From: Escherichia phage pEC-M2929-1AR.1
Length of the DNA stretch: 64,000 nt
Reading direction: 5' to 3' (one strand)
Sequence record: OP177727.1
A model generated the notes under the pieces. The model was not told the DNA's origin and searched no databases. It saw only the letters and a list, made by a program, of their open reading frames with translations. Of this stretch, positions 45,145 through 54,710 are shown in pieces; positions within the stretch are counted from its first letter, which is position 1; each line of letters starts with the position of its first letter. The position numbers were made by a program, and so were the translations under genes.

Positions 45145-45548
45145 AACTCCTCCAGAAGTTTACCAAGTTTAGTTTTAAATTCATTATCCCACGCTATGCT
45201 AACTATGTCAAGATCACCTTGTGAATTACGTTTTGTCTCTAAATAGTAACCACCACGCTCATAGCGGTGTTTTATATGCTCGATCAGACGTTCTTTATCA
45301 CTCTTAGATAAATAATCATCAAACTCCCCATTGAAAAGATCTAAGATTGTTTGTCTATTATCTCCTAATTGAGTGATTCTAAAGCTAATCAGACACCCCT
45401 GTAAACCTATATCTGTTTGTTTAAGAGAAAACCCATGACCAAAGCCGCCTGTAACTATAACAAGCGGTTTTCCTGTGATAGAGCTTTTAATAACATCTTG
45501 CTTAGGTTCTGCCAAAGATGTTAGAAACCCTTTTAACCATTTGAACAT
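45138..45548 (-). CDS. hypothetical protein (136 aa)
   Basis: ORF track; AGGAGG RBS. Confidence 0.5.
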   Translation of the reverse strand: MFKWLKGFLTSLAEPKQDVIKSSITGKPLVIVTGGFGHGFSLKQTDIGLQGCLISFRITQLGDNRQTILDLFNGEFDDYLSKSDKERLIEHIKHRYERGGYYLETKRNSQGDLDIVSIAWDNEFKTKLGKLLEELW

Positions 45549-45653
45549 AAACCCTCCTGTGTGGCGTGGCTTTGCCTAAGCGCCGAAGGCGCGGATCAAA
45601 TATAAGCTGAATTTATTACGCCCAGGTAGCCAGGGCGCATAAATATCAGAAAT

Positions 45654-45902
45654 TTACCATCGAATAACTATTCGAGTAAAGTTTTCGTCGTAATGAGATG
45701 TTTCTGTATCAATAAAAGTTGAAAAACCTTCAGCATCCAAGTTAACTTTTACAAAAGTTGGATAAAGCGTGTATATAGCAACTTCTCTGTCTCCATCTTT
45801 AGCTGCTCTCTCAATATACGAGTAGATATTTTGTAGACTATCCTTTGCTTTGTTAAGTTCTGCGTTTTCTGCCAGTTCTCTCATTTTATCTGCTACAGTC
45901 AT
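45654..45902 (-). CDS. hypothetical protein (82 aa)
   Basis: ORF track. Confidence 0.45.
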   Translation of the reverse strand: MTVADKMRELAENAELNKAKDSLQNIYSYIERAAKDGDREVAIYTLYPTFVKVNLDAEGFSTFIDTETSHYDENFTRIVIRW

Positions 45903-46171
45903 TTGTCAGTATCCTTTTCAATAAATCCTGTGGTTTTACAAGGCACACATTCGTACATTTGTCCAACATCTGCAACCACCCAACCCATTCCACTGCAATA
46001 AGGGCAGATTGTTTTGTTCTCTTTAGCATACACAGCCAGAAGTCTTTCTTCTAGCTTATTGTAATCAGCAAGAAGAACATAATCCCCTTCTGGATCTGGT
46101 ACAATATCACATTGACCAGCAGCACCTTGACTGTACACCTCTAAGCCATATCGTGTAACCATTATTCCCAC
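45899..46171 (-). CDS. Cys-containing small protein; shares CDIV-DP-G-DY block with 50666-50890
   Basis: ORF track; CPYC...CVPC cysteine pairs; shared N-terminal block with a second gene. Confidence 0.5.
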   Translation of the reverse strand: MGIMVTRYGLEVYSQGAAGQCDIVPDPEGDYVLLADYNKLEERLLAVYAKENKTICPYCSGMGWVVADVGQMYECVPCKTTGFIEKDTDK

Positions 46172-46380
46172 TCCGCAATTAGTTTTGGATTTTCTGCACG
46201 AGAATAGAATGTTGTAATGTCACCGTAAGTGTACTCTTGTTCCGACAGTTTTACAAGAGAGATCATTTCACGATCTGGAGTACCAGAGATCCAATCGAAC
46301 ACAGCAACACCACGAGGTGTTACATAGAAACCAGATGTATTACCCGTAAACTTATCTTTTGCTTTATATAATTTGTACAA
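46162..46380 (-). CDS. hypothetical protein (72 aa)
   Basis: ORF track; GAGGAG RBS. Confidence 0.5.
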   Translation of the reverse strand: MYKLYKAKDKFTGNTSGFYVTPRGVAVFDWISGTPDREMISLVKLSEQEYTYGDITTFYSRAENPKLIAEWE

Positions 46381-46587
46381 TTTCTACTCCTCATAGATAA
46401 AATCTATTAAAAACCTGCTATCAATCGGTACAAACAGTTTTACTTTTCGTAAAAAACATGCTACCCTAATCTTATATACCGAGCGATAGCGAGGTAGAGA
46501 ATATTCCATGTTATACATGGAAAGAGTATATGTAATGTTACTAACTCTATAACTAACTATATACTCTTTATATCTTACTTACTACTC

Positions 46588-46851
46588 CTATTGAAGTTCA
46601 AAGATATCCCCATCTCCATCATATCCATACTCTAACTCTCCTGTATCATATAATACAATAAAGTCTGTATCATCTTCAATAAAAGATTTAGCATAATCTA
46701 CTAACTCTTCATTATCTTCATAACCTTCCAGGTACTCAATACGACCATTGATACATTTAGCTGCAACAACTCCTGGGCCATTGCTTGGAGTCCACTCACT
46801 GTATACTCGCATGCCTAATTCTTTAATCATTGTTTGTCTCCTCATAATCAA
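46588..46851 (-). CDS. hypothetical acidic protein (87 aa)
   Basis: ORF track. Confidence 0.45.
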   Translation of the reverse strand: MIMRRQTMIKELGMRVYSEWTPSNGPGVVAAKCINGRIEYLEGYEDNEELVDYAKSFIEDDTDFIVLYDTGELEYGYDGDGDIFELQ

Positions 46852-47047
46852 CGTAATTGTAACACTTATTCTTTAAGAAATCTTCTGCTTGTTTATTATG
46901 TTTTAGAATGGTGCACTTCTCTATGTTATGTTCTACATTGTTGTGTAGATTGTATAAGTTAGCTGCACCATACAGAATACCAATTAACAAAAGCAAAAAG
47001 ATTGCTGTTGATAACAAAAATTGTTGCAACTTGTTTACAGACTTCAT
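46823..47047 (-). CDS. small membrane-anchored protein; shares C-terminal block with 50900-51148
   Basis: ORF track; N-terminal TM helix; shared C-x-KH...AE-FL...C-YV-Y block; AGGAGGA RBS. Confidence 0.5.
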   Translation of the reverse strand: MKSVNKLQQFLLSTAIFLLLLIGILYGAANLYNLHNNVEHNIEKCTILKHNKQAEDFLKNKCYNYVDYEETNND

Positions 47048-47270
47048 GAATCCTCCTTATCGTTAGTACACATTGATACTAACAAGAAGTTAAGATCGTG
47101 TCAACATCTTTGTGTTAATTTTATCCACTGTTCACATTCTTCTTTTGTGTCATACTCTACAGGCTTTCCTGTATCATTTCCACAACCATCTCCGAATGTA
47201 GCCCACCAGGAGAATAGAAAACAAGTTTCTCTTACTCTCCACTTATTGGCATAAGGTACAACATAATAAC

Positions 47271-47522
47271 TCATAGGATTGTGATCCTTAGTTCATTTTC
47301 TAAAGTATGTCTCACACATTCTTTGAAATTGTTATCAATATAAACCACACGTACTCCATGAGGTGTTTCTTTGCATTCAAACACATTGTATACAGTGTCA
47401 GATAAGACATGTTGTACGTTTACTTGTCCAACACCATTTTTAACCACAACCATTACTTTCAGTAAACTTGTATGGTTTTTAACTTCATCTTCTACGTATG
47501 CGACAACATCTTTGATATTCAT
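47271..47522 (-). CDS. hypothetical protein (83 aa)
   Basis: ORF track. Confidence 0.45.
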   Translation of the reverse strand: MNIKDVVAYVEDEVKNHTSLLKVMVVVKNGVGQVNVQHVLSDTVYNVFECKETPHGVRVVYIDNNFKECVRHTLENELRITIL

Positions 47523-47818
47523 CGTTCCCCCTGTTTAAGTACGATATAGGATTGACGAGATTTCCATCGCCCTATCTTAACAAGGCAAATAATGCCTCTC
47601 TTTAACAAATATTTCATATCTTCGTCATAAGCTGTTTGCAATTGCCACTTACTGTTAACAGGAAGCGAACCATGTACCCTCAAATGAGCTAACAAATACT
47701 TTCTTCGCTCCTTCCCATAAGGCAGATATTGCCATTCTTTCTTTGATACAGGTTCATGTACTTTACGATGCCAGTAAGTAAGGTGTCTTCTTTTATGTAA
47801 ACCCCTGTTCCTTACCAT
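47519..47818 (-). CDS. hypothetical basic protein (99 aa)
   Basis: ORF track; Arg/Lys/His-rich. Confidence 0.45.
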   Translation of the reverse strand: MVRNRGLHKRRHLTYWHRKVHEPVSKKEWQYLPYGKERRKYLLAHLRVHGSLPVNSKWQLQTAYDEDMKYLLKRGIICLVKIGRWKSRQSYIVLKQGER

Positions 47819-48057
47819 TATACCTCTACCTCCGTTACCCCAGGATCTCTAGTCCAGGTGTAGTAGAGCATACCATCTTCTTTCAGTGCAATGCGATCAC
47901 TTTCGTCTCGAAGATATAGGTCACAAACTACGCGCAGTTGCGGATCTGATCCGAGTAGTTCTGAAACAATAAGGTCATCACCGCTCATACGAGCAACAAT
48001 CACTGCATATTGACCAGTATCTGCATCAAAAATTGGTTGTCCGATGTTTAATTGCAT
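47818..48057 (-). CDS. hypothetical protein (79 aa)
   Basis: ORF track. Confidence 0.45.
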   Translation of the reverse strand: MQLNIGQPIFDADTGQYAVIVARMSGDDLIVSELLGSDPQLRVVCDLYLRDESDRIALKEDGMLYYTWTRDPGVTEVEV

Positions 48058-48308
48058 TGTGTTGTCTCCTTATTCAGTACGTTGTTTTGTGCTGCGCACC
48101 AGCACTCATAAAAACCTTGGGTTAATGGCATAGTGTAGTTTCCAGAAGGATCTCTTTCGAGATCCCCATCTGCATAACAACCACTACCTAAGAACCATTT
48201 TTCAAAATCGGATAAATCATCCCAGTCTACGCTATTTTTCATATTATACCGTCTTATACCCGACAATAGCAACCTGATTCGTAGGCTTCCAACGACCAAT
48301 AATCTCAC
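48048..48308 (-). CDS. hypothetical protein (86 aa)
   Basis: ORF track. Confidence 0.4.
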   Translation of the reverse strand: MRLLVVGSLRIRLLLSGIRRYNMKNSVDWDDLSDFEKWFLGSGCYADGDLERDPSGNYTMPLTQGFYECWCAAQNNVLNKETTQCN

Positions 48309-48702
48309 CAGAAATCTCTGTGCTACTGTTTATGTATTGGTAATGGGTATCATCATGATTAACCCACGCCATAACGTCAAGGGTAGGGGTTTTGACGTGT
48401 ACCAGCAGTGTAGCCCATTCTGGGGCTTCTTTAATATCCACAGACTCTTGCCAATCTTCTTCGATGTGCCAAGTAGGTTCACCATCAACATCTGTAACGA
48501 AGAAACGAGCTTTCATACGTTTAAAGAACATTGGTGTATACCCATGATCGCACTCTGGGATAAAATCATCCATCGTTTCGTCATAGGTGAAATATTGTCC
48601 ATCTTTATAATGAAAAGATGCGCAAAACAGTTCATTACGAGCAGGAACATGCCATACAGCTACAAAACTACGACCATGTGGATAATGTTTAACCTCTTGC
48701 AT
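48244..48702 (-). CDS. hypothetical protein
   Basis: Track ORF 48244-48735 trimmed to ATG at 48702 after AAGGAGAAAACT. Confidence 0.5.
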   Translation of the reverse strand: MQEVKHYPHGRSFVAVWHVPARNELFCASFHYKDGQYFTYDETMDDFIPECDHGYTPMFFKRMKARFFVTDVDGEPTWHIEEDWQESVDIKEAPEWATLLVHVKTPTLDVMAWVNHDDTHYQYINSSTEISGEIIGRWKPTNQVAIVGYKTV

Positions 48703-48712
48703 AGTTTTCTCC

Positions 48713-49063
48713 TTATTTTTCTTCAAAAGAATCAATTCGATTTTGTTCTATGTCAATTGCAGCATCTAAGATAAGTTTTAATGCTTCAAATTGCAAGTCT
48801 TCTTCTAAAGAGAAGACATATAAAACAACGGACTCCAAGTAAGACAGCACCCCAAGACTAAGAGTTGCAATCTCTACTCCTGCATCGGAGAAGCCTGTTT
48901 GCAAAACTTCTTTGAAGAAACGTTGTTTATCAACAATAGCAGATAAAATAAGCGTTTTACGCTCCTCTGCTGATCGCACTGTGCAGTATATGTTGCTAAA
49001 AGAATCCAGCCACATTTTGATCATACCTTGTCGGTACATAAGGATTTCAATATCAGCCAACAT
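48713..49063 (-). CDS. hypothetical protein
   Basis: Track ORF 48713-49162 trimmed to internal ATG that abuts the stop of the upstream gene. Confidence 0.4.
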   Translation of the reverse strand: MLADIEILMYRQGMIKMWLDSFSNIYCTVRSAEERKTLILSAIVDKQRFFKEVLQTGFSDAGVEIATLSLGVLSYLESVVLYVFSLEEDLQFEALKLILDAAIDIEQNRIDSFEEK

Positions 49064-49064
49064 A

Positions 49065-49232
49065 TTATTTATCCCCTGGAGAAAGATTTGTATTAATTTG
49101 ATAGTAAAAATCAAAATCCTTGTGTTGATCGCACCATTCTTGAGCCTCTTTAAATGACGCAAATTGCATAGTGAATGTTGCCATCCACGTGTTCATATTT
49201 TTGTTGAACTTGTCGATAAAAAATGTTTGCAT
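49065..49232 (-). CDS. hypothetical protein
   Basis: Track ORF 49065-49253 trimmed to ATG at 49232 (TAATG overlap with upstream stop, GGGAGGAATA RBS). Confidence 0.4.
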   Translation of the reverse strand: MQTFFIDKFNKNMNTWMATFTMQFASFKEAQEWCDQHKDFDFYYQINTNLSPGDK

Positions 49233-49465
49233 TATTCCTCCCATTTTATCCAAAGGCAGTATTCTGGAACATAAACCTCCTTCCCTTTGTTATTCACAAA
49301 GGTGTACTCCACAAATTCTGCTTTATATGTTTTGTTATACTCCTGTGCTGCTGGCACAGGACATTTTGTAATGCGCGTTTCAGTCCAACGGCGGTGTATA
49401 ACCGCCTTGTTCTTTGGATCAAACGGATGTATAAAGTGCGTTTTACTCATGTGCCATTTCCACAA
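49232..49465 (-). CDS. hypothetical protein (77 aa)
   Basis: ORF track. Confidence 0.45.
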   Translation of the reverse strand: MWKWHMSKTHFIHPFDPKNKAVIHRRWTETRITKCPVPAAQEYNKTYKAEFVEYTFVNNKGKEVYVPEYCLWIKWEE

Positions 49466-49847
49466 GATTTTTAATCATAGTTTCTCGACAGAGATTCCAC
49501 ATATCTGAAGCAACCATAGAAGCATATTCATCGGGGTTGGATTCTGGTAAAATCTCTTTAACTGCTTCTGGTGTCGGGTTGCACATAGCAGGTAGTGCTT
49601 TAAGTGCATCTTCAATAGAGAGCTTCTTACCTTCACTGTAAATAACTTCGTAACCATAGTCATTTACATCTTCTGGAATATCCCGATCCAGGAAACGTAC
49701 AGTAGAGTTATGCATTTTGTTCATAGCTTCACTAACACCAGCGCCACAAAGCTGTGCAACTTCTTCAGAGATACAATCACAAATAACAACTTCGTAAGGT
49801 TTTCCACCATAATACTGCGCATTATATTTGATTTTAACAGACCACAT
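49443..49847 (-). CDS. hypothetical protein (134 aa)
   Basis: ORF track; AAGGAGAG RBS. Confidence 0.5.
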   Translation of the reverse strand: MWSVKIKYNAQYYGGKPYEVVICDCISEEVAQLCGAGVSEAMNKMHNSTVRFLDRDIPEDVNDYGYEVIYSEGKKLSIEDALKALPAMCNPTPEAVKEILPESNPDEYASMVASDMWNLCRETMIKNLVEMAHE

Positions 49848-49902
49848 ATCACTCTCCTTATTTAACGTGTTTTAGCAATTCAATAAAACATAATCTCTTT
49901 CA

Positions 49903-50487
49903 TTACACATCCTCCATTTGGAACATCTCTTTGTGGTTAGAATAGATCTGTTTGAAAATCTTGTCAAGACGTTCATATGATTCTTTGTGCTCTTGTTTCC
50001 ATCCTTGATTTCGGATTTTATCTGCCAGATCATAAGCCTCGCATAAAACTTTGGCAAAATTGGTATTATCTATAGCACAAGCCTCAAAACCCTGAACTAA
50101 ACCCTCTACATCGTACCACGTGTAATCAGAGTTACTAGGAGGCTTTCCTGCGTCGGCTAAACGTTGCCTTACCCATTCAATACGTTTTTCATTCAAATGG
50201 CACTTACCTTCCCTACACTCTTGTTCTAATTCTTCTTTAGATTCGTTGAATGGGTGAAGGACAGGAAGTTCTGCTTTTTGCAATTGCTCCAGGTATTCAC
50301 CTACAATGCGCATAGCTTCACTGTGTGTACACTTTCTGCCTGTGTGCCAATAACGGAAGATACTTTCCGTTAAACAGATACTTTTACTAAACATCGCATT
50401 GTCTTTAACATTCGATCTAGTAACCCAGTCTATATAATATACGTAAAACTGCAATAATTCATAACTGCTTGGTATAATTTTACTCAT
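49903..50487 (-). CDS. member 4 of paralogous early-protein family (194 aa)
   Basis: Shares LLQFY, GLC/ICL and HPFN blocks with 51111-51479, 53260-53634 and 53775-54191. Confidence 0.55.
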   Translation of the reverse strand: MSKIIPSSYELLQFYVYYIDWVTRSNVKDNAMFSKSICLTESIFRYWHTGRKCTHSEAMRIVGEYLEQLQKAELPVLHPFNESKEELEQECREGKCHLNEKRIEWVRQRLADAGKPPSNSDYTWYDVEGLVQGFEACAIDNTNFAKVLCEAYDLADKIRNQGWKQEHKESYERLDKIFKQIYSNHKEMFQMEDV

Positions 50488-50494
50488 GACCTCT

Positions 50495-50665
50495 CCTTAA
50501 TTGTGAAAAATGTTATCGATCAGTATGACTAGTAGTACGAGGATAGAAGGGAGCAGGAATAGAAATCTTAACATTATGTGACGCGTGTGAGAAGCGGCTT
50601 TAGCTCCAGCCGCCAATAAGCCTACTAGTCCTACAATAAAGAGCAGTTGTTCAGGGACACCCATA
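50495..50665 (-). CDS. small membrane protein (about 56 aa)
   Basis: Hand-translated MGVPEQLLFIVGLVGLLAAGAKAAS...; start overlaps upstream stop; below track cutoff. Confidence 0.35.
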
Positions 50666-50890
50666 TTATGGAACACTTGGATACTCCGTAAGTTTGGCTA
50701 ACAGTTGAATATGTGGACACGTGAATTGTTGTCCTGGGTAGCGTGAGCTAATATCATCCAGCAAGGCAATCACAGCATTGTGCAATGCTTCGTAATCTTC
50801 ATAATACACCATTTCTCCATTAGGATCTTCCACAATATCGCAGTGACAAGCGTGAGCAGTACACGCATCCCATTCCAGACGTTTTACCAT
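50666..50890 (-). CDS. small protein sharing CDIV-DP-G-DY block with 45899-46171
   Basis: ORF track; AAGGAGGATTT RBS. Confidence 0.5.
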   Translation of the reverse strand: MVKRLEWDACTAHACHCDIVEDPNGEMVYYEDYEALHNAVIALLDDISSRYPGQQFTCPHIQLLAKLTEYPSVP

Positions 50891-50899
50891 AAATCCTCC

Positions 50900-51148
50900 T
50901 TACTCATACATTTGATATGATACATAACGATTGCAATCAAGTGCGAGAAACTTTTCAGCATTTCTTTGATGCTTGAACACAATACACTGTTCTTTTTTAG
51001 CTTCACTTTCACGAGCTTCTCTTGCCATATGATCACCTAAACGAATGATACCAGAGAATAACACGTATGCAAGAATAAGACAAACAGAGATTGCACAGAA
51101 AGTTTTAAACTTAACCATTATATTCCTCCATATCACGAATACGATCAA
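50900..51148 (-). CDS. small membrane-anchored protein; paralog of 46823-47047
   Basis: ORF track; N-terminal TM helix and shared C-terminal block. Confidence 0.5.
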   Translation of the reverse strand: MIVFVIWRNIMVKFKTFCAISVCLILAYVLFSGIIRLGDHMAREARESEAKKEQCIVFKHQRNAEKFLALDCNRYVSYQMYE

Positions 51149-51479
51149 TCACCCATTGTACACGTTCTTTGTTAAGGTGTGCAATGCCTAACTCTGTTTC
51201 TGTAAAGTAATGTGAGAAATCTGTATTAAATGGGTGTAAATGGTTCAAACCCGCTTTCTTAAACTGTTCCTTCATTTCCTCTCGTACAGAGGCTTGGAGG
51301 TTTGCTACATTCTCAACGTCTTTTATCCAAGCAATATTGTATAAGAAGTCTACGAGACACGTGCAAAGACCATAATGCTTTTTGCTAAAGTTTGTATCTT
51401 CTTGTTCTAACCACCACTCATAAAATTGTAGCAAATAGGGGCTGCTTTTCATGTTACACACTTTATTATTCTCTTGCAT
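51111..51479 (-). CDS. member 3 of paralogous early-protein family (122 aa)
   Basis: Blocks LLQFYEWW, GLCTCLVDF, HPFNTDF, VQWVIDRI; AAGGAGAG RBS. Confidence 0.55.
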   Translation of the reverse strand: MQENNKVCNMKSSPYLLQFYEWWLEQEDTNFSKKHYGLCTCLVDFLYNIAWIKDVENVANLQASVREEMKEQFKKAGLNHLHPFNTDFSHYFTETELGIAHLNKERVQWVIDRIRDMEEYNG

Positions 51480-51488
51480 GATCTCTCC

Positions 51489-51788
51489 TTAATGCCAGTC
51501 TACGATCACTGAATCTACAAAACCCTCTTTGGTGTTTAAAGCATACACCTTACTAAGTCCACGCTCTCGTAGTGCTTCCATAGCAAGATCAATCAAATCC
51601 ACTTGGCGTTTCTTTGCTTGTTCATTTGTCGGATAGTCATCCAAACCGAAAACAGATGGTTTAAATGCCTTGGAGTATTTGCCAGTTTTTGCCTGATCAT
51701 AACAATCCTGAATAACTTCATCAATAGGAAACCACAAGCCTTCCCCGCTTTGCTTTGCAATACAGCGCAGTTTTTCTGTAACAGTCAT
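51489..51788 (-). CDS. hypothetical protein (99 aa)
   Basis: ORF track; GGAGAGGAAG RBS. Confidence 0.5.
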   Translation of the reverse strand: MTVTEKLRCIAKQSGEGLWFPIDEVIQDCYDQAKTGKYSKAFKPSVFGLDDYPTNEQAKKRQVDLIDLAMEALRERGLSKVYALNTKEGFVDSVIVDWH

Positions 51789-52006
51789 TCTTCCTCTCCT
51801 TTCAATTTACACTCAAAGATACCATTCTTAATGTTATCTGTCAAATAAAGGCTATCTTCTATCTCTTCTTTTGTATACACATAAGCCTCCTTTTCCACGT
51901 CTGTCAGACCTTGCATCGGAGCTAGTAGCCACCAGCCCCGCCAGTCAAACATTGGAGACTTATCAGATACACGAAGAATGTATCTATCATTACACATATT
52001 ATACAA
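51785..52006 (-). CDS. hypothetical protein (73 aa)
   Basis: ORF track. Confidence 0.45.
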   Translation of the reverse strand: MYNMCNDRYILRVSDKSPMFDWRGWWLLAPMQGLTDVEKEAYVYTKEEIEDSLYLTDNIKNGIFECKLKGEEE

Positions 52007-52451
52007 TGTTCACATGAATATCCGCAACACCAATAAGAGAATATACTTCAACTACACTCTGTGTACGATCCAGTTTGTAACGTTTTGCCTCTTTTTCAAC
52101 TTCCTCACGGTAGATGGTTTCCATGATTGGAACTCCGTCCACTACGAGCAGGTATTTCTCTTCATGTTTACTTTTTGGTGCTTCCTCTAATACTTCTACA
52201 AAGTATTCAAACTCAGCTTCTGCAAGTAAGGTGTAACACAGAACAAAGTCTCCTTCATTTTGAGTGATAATTTCTTGTTCTCCTGCTAAGGATTGTAAAG
52301 AAGTTACACCATACCAGGCATCCACATCTAATACACGAAAACAGGAATCACCTAAGAAAGAAGCAATCCTGCTATTGCACTCAGACACATTACCAAACTT
52401 ACGGATATAAGATGCGTTTTTAAAACGATACACTTTACCAATTTCAAACAT
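51999..52451 (-). CDS. hypothetical protein (150 aa)
   Basis: ORF track. Confidence 0.5.
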   Translation of the reverse strand: MFEIGKVYRFKNASYIRKFGNVSECNSRIASFLGDSCFRVLDVDAWYGVTSLQSLAGEQEIITQNEGDFVLCYTLLAEAEFEYFVEVLEEAPKSKHEEKYLLVVDGVPIMETIYREEVEKEAKRYKLDRTQSVVEVYSLIGVADIHVNIV

Positions 52452-52459
52452 TACACAAA

Positions 52460-52639
52460 TCCTTATTGTTCAAGAATAAAAGGAATGATTTCACCATAGC
52501 TGTATTGCATGGCATTCACTTCTGCTTCTGCACGTTGTGCTAGTTCTAATGTTGCACAGATCTTGTAAGGAACAGTGCTGCATTGGCTCCAGCCTGGGGT
52601 ATTCTTTGTTACTAAGTACACAGTAGTTTGTTTATCCAT
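52460..52639 (-). CDS. hypothetical protein (about 59 aa)
   Basis: Hand-translated MDKQTTVYLVTKNTPGWSQCSTVPYKICATLELAQRAEAEVNAMQYSYGEIIPFILEQ; AGAGGAAAAGAAG RBS; below track cutoff. Confidence 0.4.
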
Positions 52640-52654
52640 CTTCTTTTCCTCTCT

Positions 52655-52912
52655 TTAAACAGTATATTCGTGTGGAAGGAAAACATAGTCTTCTCCTTCA
52701 ACAACATCAACCACTTCCCAATTCCAGCCAGGTACTTGGCTCATTGTCTTGAATGACACATAAGCAACTCCGCTGTAAGCTATATCGGCATCCAATATAA
52801 GAGGGAAAGCAACGTGTGTCAACCCCAGATAACCACAATTATTTTCAATACACACCTTAATGCTTTTCATGTTATGCTCCATTAAAGACGGGGCGTGTAG
52901 CATTACGTTCAT
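52655..52912 (-). CDS. hypothetical protein (85 aa)
   Basis: ORF track. Confidence 0.45.
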   Translation of the reverse strand: MNVMLHAPSLMEHNMKSIKVCIENNCGYLGLTHVAFPLILDADIAYSGVAYVSFKTMSQVPGWNWEVVDVVEGEDYVFLPHEYTV

Positions 52913-53189
52913 CGTTCACTGTAATAAGGTTTTTCATAACCATAACACCCTGAATATAGCCTAGCCAGCGATGGCGTTTGGTTTCAGACATACCATTACA
53001 CCCATCCTGAATTTCACTCAACATCCACAGTAAGTGGGAAGCACCTGTTTCACTAGTATCTGGATCTTCTACAGAGCTAAGAATTGTTTCATAGCGTTCA
53101 CAAATTTCTGGGTAGAATTCATAATCCTGTTCTACATCTCGCATTTCTCGAATGGAGTGACGATCAATATACAAAGCTAAGGTTTTCAT
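52872..53189 (-). CDS. hypothetical protein (105 aa)
   Basis: ORF track. Confidence 0.45.
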   Translation of the reverse strand: MKTLALYIDRHSIREMRDVEQDYEFYPEICERYETILSSVEDPDTSETGASHLLWMLSEIQDGCNGMSETKRHRWLGYIQGVMVMKNLITVNDERNATRPVFNGA

Positions 53190-53259
53190 TTACACCTCTC
53201 ATTAGTAGTTTGTTATGCGCGGTATTGCATATCTTATGGAACACAGTGTACAGACATTT

Positions 53260-53634
53260 CTACTCAATGCAAGCATTATTTGCATCTTCGATTCTGTCTT
53301 TCACCCATTGAAGACGTAATGTGTTGGTATGACATGCCAAGTCTATACACTCTGAAAGGTAATCCATGTAATCTGTATTGAACGGAAGATAGTAGTCCAG
53401 CCCTGCACATTCAAACTGTTTCCTCATTTCGTATTTCAAACTATCCAACAAACGATCACGCCATCTTCTATCTTCTTCTCTAGTTATCTCACCAACAAAA
53501 TCATCTACATAATCTACCAGACAAACACATAAGCCACTCGTTGTGCGATTCATTGCAGGATGGTTGGCAATCCATGCTTTATAGAATCGTATTAAAGCTG
53601 CACTACTCAACGGAATATTACTTTTCATTATCAC
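53260..53634 (-). CDS. member 2 of paralogous early-protein family (124 aa)
   Basis: Blocks LIRFYKAW, GLCVCLVDY, LPFNTDY, LQWVKDRI. Confidence 0.55.
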   Translation of the reverse strand: MIMKSNIPLSSAALIRFYKAWIANHPAMNRTTSGLCVCLVDYVDDFVGEITREEDRRWRDRLLDSLKYEMRKQFECAGLDYYLPFNTDYMDYLSECIDLACHTNTLRLQWVKDRIEDANNACIE

Positions 53635-53800
53635 CTCCCAACTTAAGTATTCTACCTAACAGATAAAATAATGCCTGTATTGCACTAAGGAACATACACA
53701 AAATTATAAGAAGTCCGAAACCAACAAAACCTGCTTTTATCATTAACCAAACTATCCCAATCAATTCCAACATTCTACACATCCTTACATGCATCGGCAA
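53618..53800 (-). CDS. small membrane protein (about 60 aa)
   Basis: ORF track; hydrophobic helices IGIVWLMIKAGFVGFGLLIILCMFL. Confidence 0.4.
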   Translation of the reverse strand: MPMHVRMCRMLELIGIVWLMIKAGFVGFGLLIILCMFLSAIQALFYLLGRILKLGGDNEK

Positions 53801-54191
53801 TACGATCTTTCACCCACTGCAATCTCTTTGGGTTGGTATGGCAAGAATGTGTCTTACCTTCATCTTCATAACACAGAAGATCATAATTAAAGGGTAGGAA
53901 GGAGGATAACCCAGCACACGTGAATTGCAATTTCATCTCTTCCAGCGTTTTGCTACGAACCATTTTGAAATGTTCTATATCTTCTTGCGTAGGTTTTTTC
54001 TTTGACATAGTGGTTGCCAGGTAATCCATAAGGCAATTACACAAACCAACATTCTCACGATGCATTGAGGAATGATCTTCCATCCATGCTTTGTAAAATT
54101 CTAACAGCAGTGGACTGCTAAGAGGAACACACATATCAGACTCCTTTATAAATTTACGTTTCATGCCACACATCATATAGCATCTTTTCAT
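53775..54191 (-). CDS. member 1 of paralogous early-protein family
   Basis: Blocks LLEFYKAW, GLCNCLMDY, LPFNYDL, LQWVKDRI; exact start uncertain (several in-frame Met). Confidence 0.5.
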   Translation of the reverse strand: MKRCYMMCGMKRKFIKESDMCVPLSSPLLLEFYKAWMEDHSSMHRENVGLCNCLMDYLATTMSKKKPTQEDIEHFKMVRSKTLEEMKLQFTCAGLSSFLPFNYDLLCYEDEGKTHSCHTNPKRLQWVKDRIADACKDV

Positions 54192-54496
54192 CTATTACAA
54201 GAACAGCAACATAGGAACATCATTAATGAAGGATTTAGTATAGGATTTCCCTATCAATTATTCTATATATACCTATTATTTTTAACACACCCCTTTGTAC
54301 ATAATATAGACAAATAAATATCTATGCCACAAAAATTTTCCGGTATACCCGATTTATTTCGACACACCCCCTTTTCATAAGCGTAAAGTCAATAATATCA
54401 ATAACTTGCCGCAAAATACTGCTCGCTTGCGAGAGGTGCTTAACGCGATTTTCAGCACCCCCCGATTTCTGCCGACCGTCTCCCTCAAATATCAAT

Positions 54497-54526
54497 GAGA
54501 ATTATTATCATTTGCATTATCATTCA
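54497..54526. promoter_or_regulatory. Fur-box-like AT-rich palindrome
   Basis: GAGAATTATTATCATTTGCATTATCATT resembles the enterobacterial Fur box GATAATGATAATCATTATC. Confidence 0.35.
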
Positions 54527-54691
54527 ATGACTTATAAGACTTTTGATTATTTTCTGAACAATAAAGGCACTATTTCACGCAGGATCATTTCATTTGGCAA
54601 GGTGTAGATAGATGTTTAGACTTGCCAAGTCATTGATTTACTTAGAATTTATCTGTTTTGTTGGGAATAGTGCCACCCGTGGAAGATAGCT

Positions 54692-54710
54692 GATAATGAT
54701 TATCATTTGC
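54692..54710. promoter_or_regulatory. Fur-box-like palindrome (GATAATGATTATCATTTGC)
   Basis: Matches 16 of 19 positions of the consensus Fur box GATAATGATAATCATTATC by eye. Confidence 0.45.
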
